Shown piece by piece: positions 1-7,742 of a stretch of DNA of 32,000 bases; within the stretch, counting starts at the first letter, position 1; each line of letters starts with the position of its first letter. Source of the DNA: Thermoproteus tenax Kra 1 (GTDB lineage Archaea > Thermoproteota > Thermoprotei > Thermoproteales > Thermoproteaceae); assembly GCF_000253055.1 (NCBI RefSeq), contig NC_016070.1:780001-812000 (forward strand), read 5' to 3'. The notes beneath the pieces are model-generated. The model was not told where the DNA came from and made no database searches. It saw only the letters and a list, made by a program, of their open reading frames with translations. Both the position numbers and the translations under genes were made by a program.

Positions 1-61
1 GTTGTATCAAGGACCCTCTAGGCGTCCATTAATATATATATTATACTTTAAGCCTATAGTT

Positions 62-574
62 ATGAACTTCGAGATATATCCAGCGTTGCTGATAGCTGTT
101 TTCACGGCATTAGGCGGCTATATAATAAGAGACCTACAAGCGCTATCGATACTGGTAGCCCTCTCCTCGGTCGCGGCCTTTCTGTTGGCTATATTATTCA
201 ACGCACCTGCGGCGGTCTTAGGTCTCCTTGGCCTGACTGTGGCGGCCGTGAGGATAATACGAAGGCCGGAGCTCAGAACTTGGAGGCAGAGGATATATAG
301 ATCGAGGAGGAGACTCGAAGAGCTTGAGGAAATGACAAAACAGCTTTCCCGCATCCATATAATGGACCTAGTTCCGGCGGGATCCAAAAGGGCCATCCAT
401 CCTAAGTTGGTCGAACTGGTCGATATGGCCGATAAAGCTACATCGTTGGGCTACCAAGTCTCAGAGCCTCAGTGGCTGAAAATCCTGAGAACATATAGGA
501 GACTACTAGGTTCGCAATTCGAGGCCGAGGCGACGACTATAGTGGGCGAAACCGACGTCTTCGAGCTCGAGTAG
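62..574 (+). CDS. Membrane protein of unknown function (N-terminal TM helices, charged C-terminal helix)
   Basis: ORF 2..574. ATG at 62 (MNFEIYPALLIAVF...) sits ~25 nt after an AT-rich TATA-like stretch (atactttaagcct), so it is a more likely start than position 2. Several hydrophobic segments. Confidence 0.6.
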   Translation: MNFEIYPALLIAVFTALGGYIIRDLQALSILVALSSVAAFLLAILFNAPAAVLGLLGLTVAAVRIIRRPELRTWRQRIYRSRRRLEELEEMTKQLSRIHIMDLVPAGSKRAIHPKLVELVDMADKATSLGYQVSEPQWLKILRTYRRLLGSQFEAEATTIVGETDVFELE

Positions 575-589
575 GGCTCCGTCTAGCAG

Positions 590-1066
590 TTAATATAACA
601 ATATACTTTCAATTCCACTTCTTCTAAGCGCCTTTACTGTCTCAAGGTTGTCGTCAAAATGGGCCGCGATATCTAGACCGGATCTAAGTAGCCTTAAGAT
701 TGTGTCAGTCTTATAGACAGGATCGGACCGCGCATCTTCAGATGGGCGCATGAACAAGTCCTCGTAGACTACGTTGTACGCGCTCAGCTGGCGTTCCGTA
801 CACTCTCTCATTGTCTCAGGCCTTCCTGTCACGAGCACAATTTTGAACCCTCTATTATATAAATAATTTATAAAATCTATATTATTAATCTTAGGGCTAT
901 CTAAGTATAGTTTATTACAATCTAGAAAACATTTCCAGTCTATCGTCGAGCCGTTAATACACATCGATAGCCTCCTCGTTGCATCTATCAATACGCCATC
1001 TATATCGGAGCTCAGCACAATGCGCTGGTCCCACTTGTTAGTCGGCCCTTGAGGGAGCCGCATCAC
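590..1066 (-). CDS. HAD-superfamily phosphatase-like protein
   Basis: 158 aa ORF; N-terminal SSDIDGVLID (DxDxx motif I), IVLVTGRP (motif II), HFDDN (acidic motif IV). Confidence 0.7.
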   Translation of the reverse strand: MMRLPQGPTNKWDQRIVLSSDIDGVLIDATRRLSMCINGSTIDWKCFLDCNKLYLDSPKINNIDFINYLYNRGFKIVLVTGRPETMRECTERQLSAYNVVYEDLFMRPSEDARSDPVYKTDTILRLLRSGLDIAAHFDDNLETVKALRRSGIESILLY

Positions 1067-1382
1067 TATATCTTATAATGCCCAACTGTTCGGCGATCTT
1101 CAGGTACCAAAATGCGAGATGGCGCGCCAGAGAGGACAGAGCTCTCTCGGCGTCGGAGGCCCCGAAGATCTCAGAATAGGCCGCTGTGGCGGATTCTGGA
1201 TCTAGTCTCTCCCTCAACAGCCGTGCAAGCTCTTCAACGACCTCGGAGGCCGGCCTGCCTGACATATCGGCTATAGTCCGCAGTAGCGAGGAGTTGGGTA
1301 TTACTTTGTCTATCAACTCGGCCCTTCCTCTCTCTCGCAACTTCTCGACGTAACGCGCTATAAGCGGGTCGTCGAGCTCCAT
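1038..1382 (-). CDS. Conserved-type hypothetical protein, helical
   Basis: 114 aa ORF packed between flanking same-strand genes with short overlaps, consistent with operon organisation. Confidence 0.55.
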   Translation of the reverse strand: MELDDPLIARYVEKLRERGRAELIDKVIPNSSLLRTIADMSGRPASEVVEELARLLRERLDPESATAAYSEIFGASDAERALSSLARHLAFWYLKIAEQLGIIRYSDAAPSRAD

Positions 1383-2275
1383 AATATTCTAAACATATCC
1401 ACCATATCGTCGCGTCTGTACTTAGGCTCATAGCCCAACAGCGACCTAAGTTTTTCACACGAGAATTTAATTCCGGCATATTTCAGCAACCCCCTTATTG
1501 ACGGCGGGGCGAGAGCTCTGGCCAGCGCCAGCGGCATGGGCAATTTGACGAGGCGTCGCCCAGCGGCCTCCTCCAGCGCCGTAATGACTTCGTTGAAGCT
1601 CAGCGGCTCGCACTGGGTGGCGAAGAAATACTGCCGGGCAGTGATGTGAACAGCCCTTTCTACTATTTCCGATAGATCGCTTACAGATATGGCCGAGAAG
1701 CTCAAGCTAAGCCTTGGGGCGAGACCCCGCCTTGCCAAGTCCACTAGCTTAGCCCACTCGGGGTGGTCGTTGTAGGGCCCGTAGACAGCAGTAGGCCTTA
1801 TTATGACCCAGTTGTTGGCACACTTAGATATAATGCGCTCTCCCTCGGCCTTAGTTTCATCGAAGTAGGTCGCAGGCCTTATACCCACCAAGTGCTCCTC
1901 CTCCTCTTTAACTGTCGTCCCGATTGGGCCTACCACTGTGGCGCCCGATATATGTATCAAGCGGCCGCTCCATCCGGCTTGACTCAATGCTGAGCATAAC
2001 CTCTGCGGGAAGCCCACGTTGGCGTCCCAGACCTCCTTGCGGCCGCCGTGCAAGGCGGCCACTAGGTTCACAATGACATCGGGCCTCGACTTCACCACGG
2101 CCTCTCTGGGGTCATCGTATTCAAACACCTCGAGGCCCTCTATTGCTTTTTTAATCAAGGGTCTGACAGCTACTGCCCTCCTTCTGGCGACTAACACGCG
2201 GTGTCCCCTTTCGGTCAAATACTTGGCTAGGTTGGCTCCGATGAAGCCCGCGCCGCCGAACAATAGAAATATCAT
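1358..2275 (-). CDS. NAD(P)-dependent epimerase/dehydratase (extended SDR, NDP-sugar epimerase-like)
   Basis: N-terminal IFLLFGGAGFIGANLAKYL (GxxGxxG Rossmann), later YFDETKAEGE and IIRPTAVYGPYNDH typical of extended SDRs. Confidence 0.85.
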   Translation of the reverse strand: MIFLLFGGAGFIGANLAKYLTERGHRVLVARRRAVAVRPLIKKAIEGLEVFEYDDPREAVVKSRPDVIVNLVAALHGGRKEVWDANVGFPQRLCSALSQAGWSGRLIHISGATVVGPIGTTVKEEEEHLVGIRPATYFDETKAEGERIISKCANNWVIIRPTAVYGPYNDHPEWAKLVDLARRGLAPRLSLSFSAISVSDLSEIVERAVHITARQYFFATQCEPLSFNEVITALEEAAGRRLVKLPMPLALARALAPPSIRGLLKYAGIKFSCEKLRSLLGYEPKYRRDDMVDMFRILWSSTTRL

Positions 2276-2883
2276 TCAGATACAACGGCCCCATCTCTGA
2301 TTAAATAACTTCTGTCGCACGGGACAAGGGGCTCTCCGTGGGATACATAGCCTATCACCACGCCGTCCCTGGAGATCTCTCTTAAGGCGTAGGCGAGGAG
2401 CTTGCGCCCCTCGCCGTCAAGGTAAGTCTCCGGCTCGTCGAGCAACAGTGCCTTTTTTACGCATGAGAACGCAATAGCGAGCTGTAGCCTACGCCTTTGG
2501 CCCGGGGACAGAGCGGCCGCCGATCTCGAAATATACTTAGACAAACCGAAGTACTCGATCCAGCTCAGCGTAGTGCTCTTGCCGCAGATTGATACGAGGG
2601 ATTTCACGGGCACTGAGAACAGATCTGGTGATTGTGGTACATAGGCGATACTGCCTCTGAGCTTTTCCGCATGGGACCACTCCTGTGGAGTAATTCTGTG
2701 TCCAAAGATAAAGAGGGCTCCCTTGTCGGGTATCTCCAACAGAGCCAAAATCTTCATGAGCGTGCTCTTTCCAGAGCCGTTGGGACCTCGGATGCAGTTT
2801 ATACCGCTCTCTAGATCTATTGTCGCCCCCCTCAAAGCGGCGATGGATCCGTAGCTCTTCCAGAGGTTCCGGGCCGAAATCAC
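2272..2883 (-). CDS. ABC transporter ATP-binding protein; possible ATPase of the adjacent tungstate/molybdate transporter
   Basis: Walker A GPNGSGKST, signature-like LSPGQRRRLQLA, Walker B ALLLDEPE, switch H (VSHG). Divergent from the binding protein gene at 3125. Confidence 0.88.
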   Translation of the reverse strand: MISARNLWKSYGSIAALRGATIDLESGINCIRGPNGSGKSTLMKILALLEIPDKGALFIFGHRITPQEWSHAEKLRGSIAYVPQSPDLFSVPVKSLVSICGKSTTLSWIEYFGLSKYISRSAAALSPGQRRRLQLAIAFSCVKKALLLDEPETYLDGEGRKLLAYALREISRDGVVIGYVSHGEPLVPCDRSYLIRDGAVVSE

Positions 2884-3124
2884 ACCAGAGGAACGGATGG
2901 AGGCGGAGATAAATCTCTGATTTCTAATTAGAATAATAAGAAAATAAGTATATTAGAATAAAATATTCTTAAAAATAGAAAAGAAATATTATTAAAAAGT
3001 TACTAATAAATCAATTTGAATAAATCGTTACTATTTATATATGATAATAAAATAACAATAATATAAAATATTTATTTTTAAAAGTATATAGTAAAAAGTT
3101 AATAGACAAGATTAATATTGGCCT

Positions 3125-4171
3125 ATGAACAAGCTGATCGTTATTGCAATATCTATAGTGGTTGTTTTTGTTGCTATCCTTCTAGTTTTGGCTAACAGCG
3201 GCGTAAGACAGACCCAGAGCGCCAATAGGTCGATCATCTTATGCATCGCCGGCGCCTATGCCGCCGAAGGGTCGTACCTCGCCAAAGCGTTTGGAAACAG
3301 TACAGGCGCGCAGGTTCTCGTAAAGCCTGGCGGCTCCTTCGCACTGGCGCAACAGATAGCCTTGGGATATCCGTGCAACGTCTTCATGCCGGTCGCATTC
3401 AGACAAGCAGTGTCCATGATGGGCGCCTACGACCCAGGCTGGGCCATCGCCGTAGCCGCCGATAGCAACGTCATAGTATATTCAAATGCCTCTCTGTCGG
3501 CGTTTCCGGACATGGGCAAAGTGATCGAGGAGTATAGGAAGGCGCACTACTCTAACAGCTCCGACGCATGGTACAGCTTCTTCAACGATCTGACCTCAGG
3601 CAAATACAAGCTCGGAGTTGCAAATCCATCAACGGATCCAGAGGGCCTCTACGCGATGTTAATACTCCAAGCCGCTGGCGTACTCTATGCGCACAACGCC
3701 ACCTACTTTATAGCTCGAATGATAGCGAATGGAGCAAACGTCACAAGAACTAGTACTTTCTACTATGTAGTGCCCCTCAAAGAGGGGCAGATGTCGTTTG
3801 TATTTTCTTATAAGTCGTACGCCGTGTCCAACGGCCTCCAGTATCTGGAGCTGCCCCCGTGGCTCAACTTTGGCGATAGTGGATACACCGGCTGGTACTC
3901 GAGGTTCTCCTACACGATATCGGTTGGAGGAAAGGGCTTGGAGATAAAGGGCTCTCCGGTATACTTATACGTCACAATACCGAAGGGCTCTAACAATAAG
4001 TTGGCGCTCGACTTCGTCCTATTCATCTTAGAGAATAGATCGGCTTTAGCCAGATACGGGCTGACCCCCCTTGAGAGACCCATCGTATTTGGGAACACGA
4101 CGGCGCTCCCTGAAAAATTGAGGGATCTTTTGAACAATGGATCGCTTATATACGGCGGACAGCTGACATAG
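3125..4171 (+). CDS. wtpA: Extracellular tungstate/molybdate-type ABC transporter substrate-binding protein
   Basis: N-terminal signal/TM segment followed by ILCIAGAYAAEGSYLAKAFG...PGGSFALAQQIALG..CNVFMPVAFRQ, a WtpA/ModA-like layout; followed by a permease gene. Confidence 0.72.
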   Translation: MNKLIVIAISIVVVFVAILLVLANSGVRQTQSANRSIILCIAGAYAAEGSYLAKAFGNSTGAQVLVKPGGSFALAQQIALGYPCNVFMPVAFRQAVSMMGAYDPGWAIAVAADSNVIVYSNASLSAFPDMGKVIEEYRKAHYSNSSDAWYSFFNDLTSGKYKLGVANPSTDPEGLYAMLILQAAGVLYAHNATYFIARMIANGANVTRTSTFYYVVPLKEGQMSFVFSYKSYAVSNGLQYLELPPWLNFGDSGYTGWYSRFSYTISVGGKGLEIKGSPVYLYVTIPKGSNNKLALDFVLFILENRSALARYGLTPLERPIVFGNTTALPEKLRDLLNNGSLIYGGQLT

Positions 4172-4174
4172 ACG

Positions 4175-4624
4175 ATGGAGTCACAATGTTTTGAGCCCAT
4201 AGGATTCGTTAGACACAATTATAGTGATGATGAAGTTAGGCGGAGAGGCCGCGTTGAGGGGACCGTTGTGGTTTTCGAAAAATATAAAGAGGGGCTCAGA
4301 GGCCTTGAGGAGTTCAGCCACATCATAATCGTCTCATTTCTCCACAAATATAGGGGGAAGCCTCTCTTGGTTAAACCCAAGAGGCTAGAGAGGGCGGGAC
4401 TTCAAGTCCCTGAGGTCGGCGTCTTTGCCACAGACAGCCCCGAGAGACCAAATCCCATCGGTCTATCTATAGTGCAACTCACGAGAGTGGACGGCAACGT
4501 GATCTACGTCTCCGACTTGGATCTTTTTGACGGAACTCCTGTGTTGGACATTAAGGCCTTCTCTCCATCTCGTTGTCCCAAAAGCGCGACGGCACCGATG
4601 TGGACCTTATTAGACAATGTATAA
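4175..4624 (+). CDS. trmO: TrmO-like (UPF0066) SAM-dependent tRNA methyltransferase family protein
   Basis: GFVRHNY..., ATDSPERPNPIGLSIVQL, LDLFDGTPVLDIKAF are family-typical motifs. Confidence 0.85.
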   Translation: MESQCFEPIGFVRHNYSDDEVRRRGRVEGTVVVFEKYKEGLRGLEEFSHIIIVSFLHKYRGKPLLVKPKRLERAGLQVPEVGVFATDSPERPNPIGLSIVQLTRVDGNVIYVSDLDLFDGTPVLDIKAFSPSRCPKSATAPMWTLLDNV

Positions 4625-5375
4625 GAATCTACTAATTATTTCAATAATATCTATTATATTTTTATTGTTTCCATTTATTGTACTTTTATATTATGGCTTC
4701 GGCCCATTCTTCTCTCCCCAGTATGCGTTCAGCTCGGAGCTGTTCAAGTCGATCGCAGTGTCCTTCGCGGCATCGGCCCTGGCCGTGATGATAAACGTCG
4801 TGTTTTTCACGCCTGTGGCGTTTTTAACCGCAAGAAGGGAGAACGCGCTTTTGGACGCTCTAATAGACATACCTGCCTCAGTCCCCCACCCAATGGTAGG
4901 AATAGCGCTCGTACTACTCTCGAGCCCGCAGACGGCGTTGGGACGGGTCGCCAATCTTCTGGGGATCAACCTCTTTAACTCGCTGACGGGCTTGGTCTTG
5001 GCTTTGACGATAGTGTCTGCTCCAGTCTACACGCGCGCGATGCAGAACTACTTCAAGGCACTGCCTCGGGAGCCCGAGCTCTTCGTTGCTAGCCTCGGCG
5101 GGAGCGACATCAAGATATTCTGGCTGGTGGTAAGGAGCTCCTTGAGGGGCCTTCTCTCCGCCGGCTTGACTGCGATGTCTAGGGCGATCAGCGAGTTCGG
5201 CGCAGTGGCTGTTATCGCCTATTATGTCAACTTCTGGCCTTTTGGACTAGCTCCAACTGCCTCCGTATATATCTGGACCTCATTTGAGAGCTACTATCTA
5301 TCTGCAATACCGGCAGTGGCAACTCTGTTCCTAGTCTCTCTGGCGCTATTGGCCGTGGGTCGCCTTATCCGCTAG
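4617..5375 (+). CDS. wtpB: ABC transporter permease (tungstate/molybdate type)
   Basis: 252 aa polytopic membrane protein with SPQTALG... and EFGAVAVIAYYVNF, resembling the permease EAA loop; overlaps the trmO-like gene by 8 nt. Confidence 0.78.
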   Translation: MYKNLLIISIISIIFLLFPFIVLLYYGFGPFFSPQYAFSSELFKSIAVSFAASALAVMINVVFFTPVAFLTARRENALLDALIDIPASVPHPMVGIALVLLSSPQTALGRVANLLGINLFNSLTGLVLALTIVSAPVYTRAMQNYFKALPREPELFVASLGGSDIKIFWLVVRSSLRGLLSAGLTAMSRAISEFGAVAVIAYYVNFWPFGLAPTASVYIWTSFESYYLSAIPAVATLFLVSLALLAVGRLIR

Positions 5376-5942
5376 CTCCTCCGTGTACTTCTTGTACTTC
5401 TCCATAAGGGACTCCGAGATCTGCGGATCGGGCATCAGGACAATAAACTCCACATCCTCTTCCGCATATCTATAGCTATGCCAGTAGCGGAAGCGGAGAT
5501 CGCCGGTGAGATATATCATGGCGAGCCTCCTTTCGCCAAAAGCATGGCGTAGTTTGCAGTTGCATCCATCTATTCTATCATCAGTCAATACGTAGAACTC
5601 CGCGCCGCAGTCACAGAGCCAGTACGTCTCGTTCCTCACGTGGACGAATAGAAACGAATCTATTCTGTTCTCAACCCTCCTGAATATGGGCTCGATAACT
5701 CCCTCAATGTAGTGTATTAGGGTCAAGGGCGTGTGTAGAGGGAATATGTGCATCTCACCCGACGCTGGTTGCCAGACATATTGTCTGCTCCTCTTGATGG
5801 GCTCTATGAGTCCCTTAAAGTATAGCTTGTTGAGCGCCCTCAGAACCTTGTGACGCGGCTGGCCGGTCAACTTAACTAGCTCCGTTGTAGTGGCCCCTCC
5901 CCTCTCTCTTATCAACTTGAGCAACTCGTCCTCTAAACTCAC
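5346..5942 (-). CDS. Winged-helix transcriptional regulator with C-terminal cysteine motif
   Basis: N-terminal LLKLIRERGGATTTELVKLTGQPRHKVLRALNKLYFKGLI (wHTH). C-terminal WLCDCGAEFYVLTDDRIDGCNCK. Confidence 0.7.
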   Translation of the reverse strand: MSLEDELLKLIRERGGATTTELVKLTGQPRHKVLRALNKLYFKGLIEPIKRSRQYVWQPASGEMHIFPLHTPLTLIHYIEGVIEPIFRRVENRIDSFLFVHVRNETYWLCDCGAEFYVLTDDRIDGCNCKLRHAFGERRLAMIYLTGDLRFRYWHSYRYAEEDVEFIVLMPDPQISESLMEKYKKYTEELADKATHGQ

Positions 5943-5977
5943 AATATGTTCAGAATATCTCTTTAAAAATTATTTTG

Positions 5978-6606
5978 TTAGATCAGCTTGGAGAGCTTCT
6001 GCTCCGCGTAGTCCCAATTGACTAAGTTCCACCAAGCGTTTACGTAGTCGGCCCGTTTGTTCTTGTACTGTAGATAATACGCGTGCTCGAACTCGTCCAC
6101 TATTATCAAGATGGGCGCCTCCCCTATGTGGTTGAGGAAGTGGTTCTCGAAAGTCATGATCTGTAGGTTGCAGTCTCAGTATCGTAGTACAACGCAGTCC
6201 ACCCAGTGCCGGGCAAAGAGTTTGCGGCCTCGGTGAACACCGCCTTAAATCTATCGAAGCTGCCGTACTGTTTCTCTATTAAGTCGGCCAACAGGCCGCC
6301 CGGCTTTCCTCCGCCCTTGCCCGCCGGAGCCATGCTGCGCCAGTATAAGTCGTGGAGCTTATGGCCGTTTATGTTGAATGTCAGCCCCCTCAAGATTCCC
6401 TGTATATCATATTGGCCAGCCCCGAGCTCGCCCCTAATGATCTTCTCAACTCTCTCCAACAGAGCGTTTGCCCCATTGACGTAACCCTTATGGTGGCCGT
6501 TATAGTGGACATCCACGATCTCCTTGCTGATGTAGGGCTCTAGGGCATCCATGTTGTAGGGGAGCGGCGGCAACTCATATCTCTTGAACAGAAGTTTTGT
6601 TACCAT
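5978..6606 (-). pseudogene. sod: Fe/Mn superoxide dismutase, interrupted by an apparent one-base deletion
   Basis: Frame 1 (track ORF 6154..6636) encodes [17 protein letters not shown]...[14 protein letters not shown]...[18 protein letters not shown]. The other frame, 6171 down to the stop at 5978, encodes [63 protein letters not shown]. Adding one G near 6170 restores a full ORF. Start set to MVTK at 6606 because the track's ATG at 6636 lies inside or upstream of the TATA box. Confidence 0.88.
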
Positions 6607-6622
6607 AGGCAGACCCGGAGCT

Positions 6623-6633
6623 GTATATTTAAG
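6623..6633 (-). promoter_or_regulatory. TATA box of the sod gene
   Basis: Minus-strand CTTAAATATAC centred ~22-25 nt before ATG at 6606; typical leaderless archaeal layout. Confidence 0.6.
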
Positions 6634-6826
6634 CATTGAATTAATACCGAAATCCCCAAGGCTTAAACCGTAGAAAAATCCTCCTTTCTAGTGCGTCGAC
6701 AAAAACATAAAGCTTGCGCTGGCGACCCCTCGCTTCAAGAGGCGGGATCCTCCGGAGGGGACAGTATTACGAGGGCTCATATTCAGGCTCGGGCCCAGCT
6801 AGGCAGTTCTCACACGCCGACTGAGG

Positions 6827-7570
6827 GTGGAGGACACAAGAGAAATAATAAGATCGTCACGAAAGGCCATGATACTGGCCTACGCAAGGGGGCCCCCGAT
6901 CGCTATCTTTGCTGGATCGTGGCTGTGCACTAAGTCTCCTGTTGACGGGACGCCCGTGGCCCTTGGGGAGCCCATAGGCGATTGTGAGAACGCGGACAGA
7001 TTAGCTCAACTATCCTCTTTAGCCACAGCAGTCTATATGATAAAGTCTAGAGGAGTCAAGGTATATTACGGGGGATCCTCGCCTGAGGAGGAGTTGGCCG
7101 CATATGCGGGCGGGGCCGACGGGACGTTGTCTGAGATAAAGCATAGGTTCGGTGTACCAGACCAAGCCGACGATGCTGCGTTGCTGGTCGTTGAGGCAGA
7201 CAGTCTGGAGGAGCTCAGAAGGTACGTGCGTCGTGCAGGCGAGGTCTATAGGCGACGGGTGGAGGTCGCTCTTTTGGCGAGATTCGAGGCGGCAGTGGAG
7301 CTAGGCCAATATATTTCAAGCTTTGTGATAACCAAGGCGCCAGATATCGTGTCCTTCGAGCCGGCGACGAGTCTACCCGAGATAGGAAGGTGTATCCACT
7401 GCGGGGTGGACTTTCTTATGTACGGCGCTAAGACAAAGAGGTGTATCTACTGTGGCCGCGCGCTTAGAGGCGTCATAACTCAGCGTAAGCCGACGTTAAG
7501 GCCAGAGATATTGCGGGCGATACACAGGAAGTTGGCGGACAACTTACCCAAGAAGATCGTAGTGATATAG
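6827..7570 (+). CDS. Hypothetical protein with C-terminal zinc ribbon
   Basis: ORF with GTG at 6827; ATG at 6869 is an alternative start. C-terminal CIHCGVDFLMYGAKTKRCIYCG. Confidence 0.7.
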   Translation: MEDTREIIRSSRKAMILAYARGPPIAIFAGSWLCTKSPVDGTPVALGEPIGDCENADRLAQLSSLATAVYMIKSRGVKVYYGGSSPEEELAAYAGGADGTLSEIKHRFGVPDQADDAALLVVEADSLEELRRYVRRAGEVYRRRVEVALLARFEAAVELGQYISSFVITKAPDIVSFEPATSLPEIGRCIHCGVDFLMYGAKTKRCIYCGRALRGVITQRKPTLRPEILRAIHRKLADNLPKKIVVI

Positions 7571-7742
7571 CATCTCCGGATCAGAATAACGAATATATAA
7601 GGTCTTCAAAACAATATAGTTTACCTACTAAGATCCTGAAACTTTAGAGTAATTATATATTACGTGTTTTCTAGGCTATAGCCGGATCATCTATCTCTTC
7701 GAGTTTAATAGGTAGTATTAATACCACTCGTAATAACGCCCC

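Noticed and set aside
6154-6636. Taking the 160 aa ORF as a complete short SOD starting at 6636
   Set aside because: The missing C-terminal domain is fully encoded in the adjacent frame, and the ATG at 6636 overlaps or precedes the TATA element.
7571-7742. Possible small RNA upstream of ppsA, where CCGGATCA occurs twice
   Set aside because: Only an 8-nt repeat and AT-rich promoter-like sequence; no coherent structure or box motifs.
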